Shown here: in pieces, positions 43,534 through 52,815 of the stretch
Layout: every line of letters begins with the position of its first letter
How positions within the stretch are numbered: the first letter of the stretch is position 1
Source of the DNA: Desulfobacterales bacterium
GTDB lineage: Bacteria; Desulfobacterota; Desulfobacteria; Desulfobacterales; UBA5616
Length of the DNA stretch: 64,000 nt
Direction: 5' to 3'
Assembly: GCA_046483495.1 (NCBI GenBank)
Contig: JAWODC010000036.1
Span: forward strand, 32,001-96,000
The notes under the pieces: model-generated
What the model was told of the DNA's origin: nothing
What the model saw: only the letters and a program-made list of their open reading frames with translations
Database searches by the model: none
Position numbers and translations under genes: made by a program

Positions 43534-43550
43534 AGCAAGGCCTGTGCCAA
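43534..43550 (-). promoter_or_regulatory. sigma54 (-24/-12) promoter upstream of glnD
   Basis: Minus strand reads TTGGCACAGGCCTTGCT, an exact TGGCAC-N5-TTGCW match, ~70 nt before the glnD start. Confidence 0.85.
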
Positions 43551-43626
43551 AAGACTGGACAAAAATTATTCGTAATGTTTTAAATGATTTATATTAAGGC
43601 GGGCATACTGAAATGCTGAATAAAGG

Positions 43627-43671
43627 TTACATTTCCGTATAAATTAAGACCGGTGATTTACAAAATTGTAA
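43627..43671. promoter_or_regulatory. Candidate tandem enhancer (UAS) boxes TTAC-N6-GTAW
   Basis: TTACATTTCCGTAT (43627-43640) and TTACAAAATTGTAA (43658-43671), 31 bp apart, ~80-120 bp upstream of the sigma54 site. Confidence 0.55.
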
Positions 43672-43816
43672 TTTTGCAAGCTGAACCGAAAACCATCCGG
43701 ATTAAATTTGGAAATGGTGGGGATTTGGTCTCGAGCAAGGGGTTGTTGAAGGCACAAGCAGCTGTTGTTGTGCCGACAGTGGAAGTAAGGCGCGCCCCTT
43801 GCAGCCGAAATGGCTT

Positions 43817-46678
43817 TCAGGATGAGCCACCGATAATGCGGTGCCACACATCGATAACACGATGCCTCAGAGATGCGAATCGGCCGATCGGCGCTTTGGG
43901 CGGCTTTTCCTGGAGAGTCAGTCGGTGAATAGCCGTGCGAAAAGTCAAGTAGGCATCGTGCAAGGCTTCAGCGGAGTTGTCGTCGATAATACGATTTTGT
44001 TGAAGAGTGTTCAAAATCCTGACATTATCCGTCCATTTCAGCAGTTCGGGATGCCGGTGGGATTTCAACAACACCAGATACTGCACCAAAAATTCGATAT
44101 CGATGATGCCGCCGGTGTCCTCCTTTAAATCAAACATACCGGAATCCGTTGAAGCACGCGCTTTTCGAATCTTATCCCGCATGGCTCTGATGTCTTGTTT
44201 AAGAGGGATTTCATTCCGTTTGGTGCTCAGCACATCGAATCGAATCGTTTTACATCGTTCGGCCAGCGTCGGGTCCCCGCAAATCGGCCTCGCACGGACA
44301 AGCGCCTGTTGTTCCCATGTCCACGCCTGTGTTCGTTGATATGCAGAAAAAGATTCGATGTGGCTGACCAGCGGACCGGCATTCCCACTTGGGCGCAGGC
44401 GCATATCCGTATCGTAGAGCTTTCCCGCACGGGTGTCTGCCGTGAGCAGGTGAACGATGCGCTGACCGAGTCTTGAATAATAGTAAGCGTTCTCAATGGG
44501 CCTATCGGTGCCGAATGTCGATCCCCTTTTCCCGGCATGGAGAAATACAAGGTCCAGGTCGGAATCGTATCCCATTTCGATTCCACCGAGCTTGCCGTAC
44601 CCGACGATCAAAAACCCTGATTCGCAAGCATGGCCTTCTAAATCACACAGAGGTGTCCCATGCCGAAGATGCATATACGTCCACGCCAAGTCTAAAACCT
44701 GTTCAAGGACGGTTTCCGCAATGTCAGTCAGATGATCGCTGACACGCTTGACCGTCAGCATGCCGGCAATATCGGCAGCGGCGACCCGCAAAAGATTCGT
44801 CTGCTTGAAAATACACAGGTTTTCAATCCGGTATTCAAGATCACCGGCCGGTGAACGTTTCATCTGGTGATTCAATTCGCTTTCCAAACCGGATTTTTCA
44901 GGCGGCGAATACAGCGAACCCGGATGGAGAAATTCATCGAGAATCACCGGATGTCGGGACAGGAATCGGATAATCCAGGGGCTCTTTTCTGCAAGACGCA
45001 CCAAGTGGGACAGGACGCCGGGATTTTCCAAAAGAAGGGCAATATAACTGGTGCGCCTTTGGATGCTTCTAATCAGATCCAGAAGACGGAACAACACGGC
45101 TTCGGACTCGTCACAACCAGCAGCGGCTTCCAACAGGTTCGGTACCAGCCGGTCGACCCGTCTTCTCCCGTTTGGGCTCAATGCGCGGGTTTCCGGCGCT
45201 TCTTTGAGATAGGCAAGAGCGCTTACAATGCCGCTCGGATCGGTGTAGCCGATGCTGCGGATAATGTCTTCGGCCCCGATATCCTTGGGATTTTGCCATA
45301 TTTCTTCTGAGCCCCTTTGTACGGCACCATCGTCATCCGCACCGAGCAGCTGACTGAAATGGCGGTGCACGATTTTTCTCAGGCGGGTCAACTCGGCATC
45401 GAAGGCCTCATGGGTCTCAAATCCCATAGAAAAAGCGATGCGCATTCGCCCGAGGGCGTCTTTCGGAATCAGGTGCGTTTGCAGATCAGATATCTCCTGA
45501 AGGTGATTTTCCGTTCTGCGCAGGAAAAAATAGGCATGGATAAGATCTTCCCAACTTTCCCGACTGATAATGCCTTCATCGAAAAGTGCATTTAGCTGCT
45601 CATCCGTGCGGCGCCGCCGAAGGGACGGCACCACGCCGCCCCGAAGAATCTGAAACACCTGGCAAAAAAATTCGATCTCCCGAATACCCCCTGATCCCAG
45701 CTTCAGGTTGTCCGCCATATCCTTGCGCTTTACCTCAACCGAAATCTTCTTCTTCATGTCCCTGAGCACGTCCAAAACGGTATAGTCCAGGTAACGGCGG
45801 TAGATAAAAGGTTCCAATCTCAGAAGCAGGTCGTCTCCGGCGGTTTTATTTCCGGCGATGACACGTGCCCTCAGCCATGCATACCGCTCCCATTCCCGGC
45901 CATGCTGCTGGTAGTAATCTTCCATCGCATCAAAACGCATCACCAGCGGACCGCTGTCACCAAACGGCCGCAGACGCATATCGACCCTGAACGGACCGAT
46001 ATCGGAAGCAGAGGACCCCAGGACTTGAATCAGTCGGCGGGCGAGGGATGAATAAAAGGACGATAATTGGTTGGATTTTTGCCGGCTGACGAATGCCGGA
46101 GCGTCTGGATAAGCAAAGACGAGATCGATATCGGAAGAAAAATTAAGTTCTGTACCACCGAGCTTTCCCATACCGATCACCACAAGGCCCGGGGTGTCCT
46201 CATCGAAGCCGAAACCTCCCCCCGGTTGACGCGCATGCCACCGATGCAAGCGGTCCAGTGCTGCATCTACGCATGCATCGGCAAAGGCCGTCAGGTCGGC
46301 GAGGGTTTCGGGCAGATCGGCCCAGCCGGCGAGATCCCGCCATGCAATGCGGATCATTTCCCGTTGCCGGAATTGGAGCAGCTGTTGCCGCAGACGTTTT
46401 TCATCTTCGCAGCCGTTCAGCCGTTCGGATAATTCCCTGTGATACCTGCCGGGTTCATAAACGGTAAACAAATCCCGACCGAATATGAGATCGAATAGAA
46501 TGTCCGGGGCGAGAATACAGTTGTTTGAAACGAAATCGCTGAGACAAAATACGAGGTCCAGGCTCTTCAGTACACGTTCGTCATCAGGTAGGACCAGGTT
46601 GCGGAAATTCAGTGAACGGAATAAATCTGCTTTCTTTTCAGAAAGATGCTCAATTAAGTGTGAAGGGATGTGTTTCAT
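43817..46678 (-). CDS. glnE: Glutamine synthetase adenylyltransferase/adenylyl-removing enzyme
   Basis: Two NT domains: GMGKLGGTELNFSSDIDL and GYGKLGGIEMGYDSDLDL; DMRLRP twice. Confidence 0.96.
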   Translation of the reverse strand: MKHIPSHLIEHLSEKKADLFRSLNFRNLVLPDDERVLKSLDLVFCLSDFVSNNCILAPDILFDLIFGRDLFTVYEPGRYHRELSERLNGCEDEKRLRQQLLQFRQREMIRIAWRDLAGWADLPETLADLTAFADACVDAALDRLHRWHARQPGGGFGFDEDTPGLVVIGMGKLGGTELNFSSDIDLVFAYPDAPAFVSRQKSNQLSSFYSSLARRLIQVLGSSASDIGPFRVDMRLRPFGDSGPLVMRFDAMEDYYQQHGREWERYAWLRARVIAGNKTAGDDLLLRLEPFIYRRYLDYTVLDVLRDMKKKISVEVKRKDMADNLKLGSGGIREIEFFCQVFQILRGGVVPSLRRRRTDEQLNALFDEGIISRESWEDLIHAYFFLRRTENHLQEISDLQTHLIPKDALGRMRIAFSMGFETHEAFDAELTRLRKIVHRHFSQLLGADDDGAVQRGSEEIWQNPKDIGAEDIIRSIGYTDPSGIVSALAYLKEAPETRALSPNGRRRVDRLVPNLLEAAAGCDESEAVLFRLLDLIRSIQRRTSYIALLLENPGVLSHLVRLAEKSPWIIRFLSRHPVILDEFLHPGSLYSPPEKSGLESELNHQMKRSPAGDLEYRIENLCIFKQTNLLRVAAADIAGMLTVKRVSDHLTDIAETVLEQVLDLAWTYMHLRHGTPLCDLEGHACESGFLIVGYGKLGGIEMGYDSDLDLVFLHAGKRGSTFGTDRPIENAYYYSRLGQRIVHLLTADTRAGKLYDTDMRLRPSGNAGPLVSHIESFSAYQRTQAWTWEQQALVRARPICGDPTLAERCKTIRFDVLSTKRNEIPLKQDIRAMRDKIRKARASTDSGMFDLKEDTGGIIDIEFLVQYLVLLKSHRHPELLKWTDNVRILNTLQQNRIIDDNSAEALHDAYLTFRTAIHRLTLQEKPPKAPIGRFASLRHRVIDVWHRIIGGSS

Positions 46679-46708
46679 TCAGATGGTTTTTCGGGCCTGA
46701 ATGAGGGG

Positions 46709-47251
46709 CTACCCGGAATTTTCATTGTTTTCCTCGGGATTATCGGTTTCCTTCTCGGCTTGGCTCCTTGCGGCCAACATGTAAAACCCGATGTCCGGGT
46801 CCTCGTGTTTGTGTTCCGGAAAGGCAAGCCCCAAATGTTTACCGGAGACGCTCTTGACGGTGACCATCCGACGAATCAATGTTCGGGGGGCGTTATCCAA
46901 ATGAAATTCCACCGTAAGCCAGTCGCCGATGTTGAATTTTTCTTTGGAATGGACCGACATCTTCAATCCTCTACGGGAAATATCAACGACGGTCATTGTT
47001 CCTTCGGCTACCGGCCGCCCGGCTGACGACCAGGCGGTATAACGGCCGGGAAGATCAACCGCCTTTCGATAAAACCGCCTTTTTTCCAGAATGGCGTTCC
47101 AGGAATTGCCGCATTTGCAGGTGATTTTTACACTCACCGTTCTGTTAATATCAGGATACTTCGATAAATCGATAACCTGTTGGCGATTGCAGACGGAACA
47201 GGCAATAGTGGCTGTATTATCTCTGTTAATAAATGCTTTGGCACGCGTCAT
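46709..47251 (-). CDS. PilZ domain protein with N-terminal CxxC..CxC module
   Basis: KRRFYRK and DISRRGL PilZ motifs; CSVC and CKCG. Confidence 0.8.
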   Translation of the reverse strand: MTRAKAFINRDNTATIACSVCNRQQVIDLSKYPDINRTVSVKITCKCGNSWNAILEKRRFYRKAVDLPGRYTAWSSAGRPVAEGTMTVVDISRRGLKMSVHSKEKFNIGDWLTVEFHLDNAPRTLIRRMVTVKSVSGKHLGLAFPEHKHEDPDIGFYMLAARSQAEKETDNPEENNENSG

Positions 47252-47388
47252 ATTCGCCTCGATTTGGATTGAAAGCCGGAATCAGCAGGGATTAGAAAAG
47301 GGATTAAACATCAGGAAGCATTTTTGTCAACAGCAAAGTAGACGTCGAAAAGCAGAACAGGCGCTCGAAGGCTTCCATTTCAAAAAAA

Positions 47389-47447
47389 CGAAAACGCCGC
47401 TCCTGGGCCAAAAGATGCCGCCTCGAATCGAATCGGTCGGTGGCCGC
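47389..47447 (+). repeat. Right-arm fragment of palindromic repeat, subfamily B
   Basis: cgaaaacgccgctcctgggccaaaagatgccgc matches 56597-56628; ends ggccgc|TA in the usp stop codon. Confidence 0.75.
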
Positions 47448-47839
47448 TATTTAACTGTGACTACAGGGCACGAAGCCTCCAAAATAACATACTGTGCCGT
47501 CGATCCCATGATCAGTTTGCCGATTTTGGACCGGTGTTTTACCCCGATGATGATTTCATCGAACTGATGTTTTCTTGCAAAATCAACCATATCTTCACCC
47601 GGCGACAGACTTCTGACGGCAATATGGGTTTCACAGACAATGCCCTCTTTCGTGAAGCTTTCTTGAATATCGCTCAGACGATTCTGTAATGCGTCGAGTT
47701 CGGCCATGTGCAGTTCAGGACTGTGGCCGGAAGCGGTGAATATCGTCACTTGGGCATTGAAAGCGGCGGCGTGTCTTCGGGCCACTTTCAGGGTTTCCGG
47801 AAACTGCTTGGTGCCGTCATAACCGACGAGTATCTTCAT
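47447..47839 (-). CDS. Universal stress protein
   Basis: KILVGYDG and IIIG..GKLIMGSTAQYVILEASCPVVTVK motifs. Confidence 0.92.
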   Translation of the reverse strand: MKILVGYDGTKQFPETLKVARRHAAAFNAQVTIFTASGHSPELHMAELDALQNRLSDIQESFTKEGIVCETHIAVRSLSPGEDMVDFARKHQFDEIIIGVKHRSKIGKLIMGSTAQYVILEASCPVVTVK

Positions 47840-47978
47840 CGTTATTGTCCAATGTGAAAGGTTCGAAGCCGTATCAACTTAATATTAAAGGGGCGCAGTA
47901 TACATGTCAATATACGATTTTACAGGCCGCTTATTCAATGATTCGGGAATCCCGACAACAATGATTCAAGGGGAAACG

Positions 47979-49661
47979 CTATACGGAACCCACCCTCAAT
48001 GCTCGGCCGCCACGGTTGCGTGTAGCTTTCTTATTTTCGATCGCAATCACGCCGTTGACCAGCAGCCATTCTACACCCTCGCTGTAATGATGGGGATCGC
48101 TGTAGGTGGCGTCATCTTTTATCCCGGATTTGTCCCAAACAACGATATCCGCGTAAGCGCCCGTTTCGATTTTTCCCCGGCCTTTCATCCTGAATTTTTC
48201 AGCCGGCAGCGAGGTCATGGAGCGAATGGCTTTCTTAAAGGACATGAGTTTTTCGTTTCGTACGAATTGATTGAGTTTTTTGGGAAAAGTGCCGTATACG
48301 CGGGGATGGGGAAGCGACATGCCCATCGGAACGGTCCAGCCGTCCGAGGCGGTCATGATATAATCGTGAGGCATCAGTTCCCGGACGATGTTCATGTCCT
48401 GAAAAAAATAAACGGCTATGGGCAGGGTTTTTTCGCATACCATATCCGCATAGCACCGGGCGGGTGTCGTTTGCTCTATTTCGGCGATTTCCTTGAGCGT
48501 TTTTCCCTCGTAGGATTCATTTTCGGAATGCATGGTGATCATGGTCTTTTCCGGAGGATAGATCGAGAAAACCGAATCCATGGCCCGTATCATCCGCCGT
48601 TTGCCGTCCCCCGTCCTGAATTCCTCCTTGATGCCGCTGCTTGTTTTCATTTCATTCGGCAGCAAATGGGATAATAAGGTCGAACCGGCTGCATAGGGAT
48701 ATTGATCGGCATGAAGCTCAACGCCTTGACGGCGGGCCCCTTCGATACGTTCGAGAACGTCCTCTGAACTCAGCCGATTTATAGGCAGGCTGATTTTAAG
48801 ATGGGAAATTTGAACGGGGATATCGGCTCTTCGGCCGATTTCGATCATTTCATCGATGGATCGGATAACCCCGGCTCTGCCGTCCGGATAGCCCCTGCCG
48901 GACTCATCCCGCATATGGCTCGTAAAAATACCGCCATACTTGCGAACAACCCCGGCCAAGGCGATCAATTCATCCGTCCGGGCCAGGTATCCGGGAGCGT
49001 ATTCCAATCCGGTGGAAAGGCCGACCGCACCCTTTTCCATTTCTTCGGCCACCCTCTTTTCCATTGCATTCAGCTGCCGACCGTTGAGTTCTTCCGGCTG
49101 TTTTACTCCGAAAAGCGCTTCCCGGATCATTCCATGAGGAACGAGGGTGTAGAGGTTCGTGCCGAAGCCGACGGAATCCGCCAGGTTCAGCCACTGATCG
49201 ACATCCGTATAGCCGTAGCCGCAATTACCCGTTACCACGGTCGTAACCCCTTGGTACACGTAATTATAATTGCCTTTCCAGCTCGGCATGATATACGCCA
49301 GATACCGTTTCAGCCCGCTTTTCTGAAATGTCAGGTCACAATGGGTGTGAACATCGATAAATCCGGGGGTGACGACTTTTCCACTCGCCTGAATCACCGT
49401 TGAGGCCGGGGAATCGATTCCGCCGAGCGAAACGATTCGGTCTTTTTGAATGCCGATATCCGCGACAAAGGGTTCTGCCGAGGTCCCATCGAAAATGGTT
49501 GCATTTTTGATCACAACGTCTAGATCACCATGACCGCCACGGCCGCAGCCGACCCCAAGGCCGGGAACGGCTGTCGATACGGCCAGTGCCGCGGCTGTTT
49601 TAAGCGATCGATCCAGAAATTCCCTTCGCGTATACGATTGTTCAGGCGGGTTGTTGACCAT
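47979..49661 (-). CDS. N-acyl-D-amino-acid deacylase family amidohydrolase with Tat signal
   Basis: TRREFL Tat motif; PGFIDVHTH, GNCG, STGLEYAPG, HMRDE and HPRVYGTFP motifs. Confidence 0.88.
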   Translation of the reverse strand: MVNNPPEQSYTRREFLDRSLKTAAALAVSTAVPGLGVGCGRGGHGDLDVVIKNATIFDGTSAEPFVADIGIQKDRIVSLGGIDSPASTVIQASGKVVTPGFIDVHTHCDLTFQKSGLKRYLAYIMPSWKGNYNYVYQGVTTVVTGNCGYGYTDVDQWLNLADSVGFGTNLYTLVPHGMIREALFGVKQPEELNGRQLNAMEKRVAEEMEKGAVGLSTGLEYAPGYLARTDELIALAGVVRKYGGIFTSHMRDESGRGYPDGRAGVIRSIDEMIEIGRRADIPVQISHLKISLPINRLSSEDVLERIEGARRQGVELHADQYPYAAGSTLLSHLLPNEMKTSSGIKEEFRTGDGKRRMIRAMDSVFSIYPPEKTMITMHSENESYEGKTLKEIAEIEQTTPARCYADMVCEKTLPIAVYFFQDMNIVRELMPHDYIMTASDGWTVPMGMSLPHPRVYGTFPKKLNQFVRNEKLMSFKKAIRSMTSLPAEKFRMKGRGKIETGAYADIVVWDKSGIKDDATYSDPHHYSEGVEWLLVNGVIAIENKKATRNRGGRALRVGSV

Positions 49662-49858
49662 TGCAGGTCTCCTTTTTCCGGGAATTCGAACAGCAGCAGA
49701 CCGCGAGGAGTCACTTATTGCTTGACAGTGGAAGCGGTCTCAAAATAAACATTTTGATTCGAATGCAATCGATGCGCATGTGGACCCGCGATCGATCGCA
49801 TGCGCGCGAATAATCAGGGCGTATACGCAGCATCAACGAAGAGACGATTGTGATAACA

Positions 49859-50000
49859 GTGTCCATCCAGAAATGGCTAATTCGCTCCATTTCGGCGTTG
49901 GCGGGAAATTTTAATCCTCAAAATACTCAATGTATTCCTGCGGTTAAAATTTCCAGGCCGCCTTGAACTGAATCGAATTATCTCATTTCTGGATGGGCAC
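49859..50000 (-). repeat. ~142-bp palindromic dispersed repeat, subfamily A (best-preserved copy)
   Basis: 17-bp terminal inverted repeats gtgtccatccagaaatg / catttctggatgggcac with 1 mismatch; inverted relative to the 15011 and 29965 copies. Confidence 0.92.
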
Positions 50001-50099
50001 TAAATAGCATCATTCGGGAATGACTTCAAGAACGTATTCCGCGGCCCCTTTTTACATTCCGGAAATTCGAGCGACCGGGAATGCGGTTCAGGAGGATGA

Positions 50100-51584
50100 A
50101 TGAATCGTACAGACACATTTCCCCCGTTAGGCGCACTTTTCAATCCGAAATCGATTGCCATCGTGGGGGCGTCGAAGACGATCGGGAAATGGGGATTTAC
50201 CTTTCTGCTTCACTTGATCAAAGGCGGGTATACCGGCGAAATATATCCGGTCAATCCCACGATGAAAGAAATACTTGGAAAGAAGGTATATCCGTCCATC
50301 TCGGCGCTTCCGGGTCCGGTGGATACGGCCTTCATCCTGATTCCTCCCGACCAGGTAGCGCAGGCCATCGCAGACTGCGGCAAAATCGGGGTGACCGCCT
50401 GCGTGGTCATTACCGCCGGGTTCAAGGAAGTAGGCCCCACCGGTGCGTCGCTCGAGCAGGAAATCGCTGAAACGGCGGATAAAGCGGGCGTCATGATCGT
50501 CGGTCCAAACTGTGCCGGAATCGCCAGCCCTTACCCATCTCGGCTGTATTGCATGATGCAGCCCAATTTTCCGCCGGCCGGCCATATCGCCGTGGTTTCC
50601 CAGAGCGGGAATCTTGCCGGATCCCTGATGCATCTTTGCTGGAAGCAGGACATCGGCATCAGCCGCTGTGTCAGCGTCGGCAATCAGGTTCAGATGAAAA
50701 CCGAGGATTTTCTGGAATATTTCATTACCGATGACCGGACTCATGTGGTTCTGGCCTATATCGAAAGCGTTGCCGACGGCAAGCGGTTTATGGAAACGGC
50801 CCGGCGTCTGACCCGGTCGAAACCGTTCATCGTCATTAAAGGCGGAAAAACATCCACCGGCAGCCGGGCCGCCAAATCCCACACCGGCGCCATTGCAGGC
50901 TCGGATGCAGCATTCGATGCCGTGTGCCGGCAATGCGGCATTATCCGTGTCGATGATGTGGAAGACATGTTCGACACGGCGGCGGCATTTCTGTCACAGC
51001 CCTTGCCTCGCGGTAATCGCGTCGGCATTGTCGCCAACGGGGGCGGCTGGGGGGTGATTATGGCGGATGCCTGTGCCGAGTCCGGCTTGAATGTCGTCGA
51101 GTTGCCGGACGAAACGCTCCGGCAGCTCGATAAGCGGCTGCCGCCGTGGTGGAACCGGCAGAACCCTGTCGACCTGGTCGCCGGCATGAGCCGGGGCGCC
51201 TTTTTCAAATCATTGGAGGCTCTGGCAGGTTGTGACGCTGTCGACAGCCTGATCGCCATGGGTTTCGGCTATGGCAAACCGTTTTCAGATATCATTCGCA
51301 CGGTGACGGAAAACGGTCAGCTCAAGGTTGCTGATTATGTGTCCGGCGCCCTCCGTTCGGACGAACGGGGAAAGCATTTCATTCTGGATTTAATCCGGAC
51401 GCATCAAAAACCCGTTCTGCTGACTTCGGAGTACGGAATCGGGGCTGAAGCCGATGAAAATCGAGCTATTTTAGACTTGCGGAAGGCGAATATCCTGTCC
51501 TATCCGTCCTCGGAAAAAACCGCCCGCATACTGGCCCGACTGGTGCAATACGGGAATTACAGGTCCCGTATCACCTGTAAGTGA
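50100..51584 (+). CDS. ADP-forming acyl-CoA synthetase alpha subunit (CoA-binding)
   Basis: PKSIAIVGAS, YPVNP, ITAGFKE, GPNC, SQSG and phospho-His motif SHTGAIAG; no ATP-grasp domain. Confidence 0.88.
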   Translation: MNRTDTFPPLGALFNPKSIAIVGASKTIGKWGFTFLLHLIKGGYTGEIYPVNPTMKEILGKKVYPSISALPGPVDTAFILIPPDQVAQAIADCGKIGVTACVVITAGFKEVGPTGASLEQEIAETADKAGVMIVGPNCAGIASPYPSRLYCMMQPNFPPAGHIAVVSQSGNLAGSLMHLCWKQDIGISRCVSVGNQVQMKTEDFLEYFITDDRTHVVLAYIESVADGKRFMETARRLTRSKPFIVIKGGKTSTGSRAAKSHTGAIAGSDAAFDAVCRQCGIIRVDDVEDMFDTAAAFLSQPLPRGNRVGIVANGGGWGVIMADACAESGLNVVELPDETLRQLDKRLPPWWNRQNPVDLVAGMSRGAFFKSLEALAGCDAVDSLIAMGFGYGKPFSDIIRTVTENGQLKVADYVSGALRSDERGKHFILDLIRTHQKPVLLTSEYGIGAEADENRAILDLRKANILSYPSSEKTARILARLVQYGNYRSRITCK

Positions 51585-51612
51585 ATGCACGTTTTCCAAC
51601 GGGAAACGTCAT

Positions 51613-52791
51613 CTATATGTCTTCTATCATCTCCAGAAAGCTCTGTATCCGCGTCTGCATCGGTGCAAAAGCCGCTTCGCTGTAGTTATGCTCGATATAA
51701 ATGCTTGGAATGCCTATCCCTTTTAAGTAATCAGTCATTGCGGGGATTTCATAACCATGAGCGTCACAGTACCGCAGGGCCTGAAGAATAACGCCTTCAA
51801 CATTGAACTGTCCGACAAATTCACCGATATACCCGAAGCGGTGTTCGAGATCCTCGGAATATTTCCTTATCGTCGCTCCTTCGCGTTTTTCCTTAAAGGT
51901 GCGGGGGCACTGAATACCGGTCAGGTAGTGCTTTGCCAGACCATCCAGCGGGTCGTCCGTAATCTCGACATCCGTAAAATAGGCACGGCTGCCGACACAG
52001 GTATCGTCCATCACGATATCGGCATCGAGATTTTCGATCATTTTCAGTAATGCCGTGTCATCGATAACGCCTCCCCATAACATCAGACGGGTGCGGTTTT
52101 CAGAAGCCAATGGTTTCCGGGAATGAAGATCATTGATCACTTCCCTTAGAAGGACGTTTCCTTCATCTGTGGGCAGGCTCATGATACCGATCAGCACTTC
52201 CAGCGTTTCCACGCCGGAGATCAGCGGCGGGTCGACCTTTTTACAATCGTAGAGTGAACGGACAAGCGCCCGCTGCTCATTCTGTAAAACGACGGCCTTT
52301 CGCAGCTTTTCATCGGAAATGGGTTCACCGGTGTACGCCTCCAGGGCTTTTTTGTAGTCCTGCAACAACCCTTTGAAATAGTCCAAGGCACCCGCATGGG
52401 TCGTATGAGGCATGTCGATGAAAAAAGAAAAAGGTGTCTTGACATTGATTTTCCAGTTGTTGGCAAACTGTGCACCCACATCGCAGGTATGAACGAAAGT
52501 GACACCGTCCAGAAAATCGTATTTTCCCTTCAGCCCGATATCCAGAAGACTGCGCAGGAAGGGGCATACCACCGTCGGCAGGTATGTGTCGGCCTGCGTC
52601 ACCGGCTCCCGCATATTTCCGAAAAGCCTGAATGGGACGAGATCCACGGCGGTCATCATTTCGACCACCGGATAGATGCACAGGTATCCCATTACTCGAC
52701 GGCCGCTTCTTTTAAGCTCTCTGATTCTAAGCGTCCGGTCTGAATAAAGCCGGTTTGCCCCGGCCAGTCCCCTGATTTCCCGATCATTCAT
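51613..52791 (-). CDS. 2-hydroxyacyl-CoA dehydratase family subunit (HgdB/BcrC-like)
   Basis: GYLCIYP, VCP, HTCD, DDTCVG, RYCDAHGY and TRIQSFLEM motifs. Confidence 0.88.
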   Translation of the reverse strand: MNDREIRGLAGANRLYSDRTLRIRELKRSGRRVMGYLCIYPVVEMMTAVDLVPFRLFGNMREPVTQADTYLPTVVCPFLRSLLDIGLKGKYDFLDGVTFVHTCDVGAQFANNWKINVKTPFSFFIDMPHTTHAGALDYFKGLLQDYKKALEAYTGEPISDEKLRKAVVLQNEQRALVRSLYDCKKVDPPLISGVETLEVLIGIMSLPTDEGNVLLREVINDLHSRKPLASENRTRLMLWGGVIDDTALLKMIENLDADIVMDDTCVGSRAYFTDVEITDDPLDGLAKHYLTGIQCPRTFKEKREGATIRKYSEDLEHRFGYIGEFVGQFNVEGVILQALRYCDAHGYEIPAMTDYLKGIGIPSIYIEHNYSEAAFAPMQTRIQSFLEMIEDI

Positions 52792-52815
52792 GTCTGATTC
52801 TCCTTCTTATTTGTA

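Noticed and set aside
43467..43562. Extended glnD N-terminus from TTG 43562
   Set aside because: It would span the sigma54 promoter; the start at 43466 fits better.
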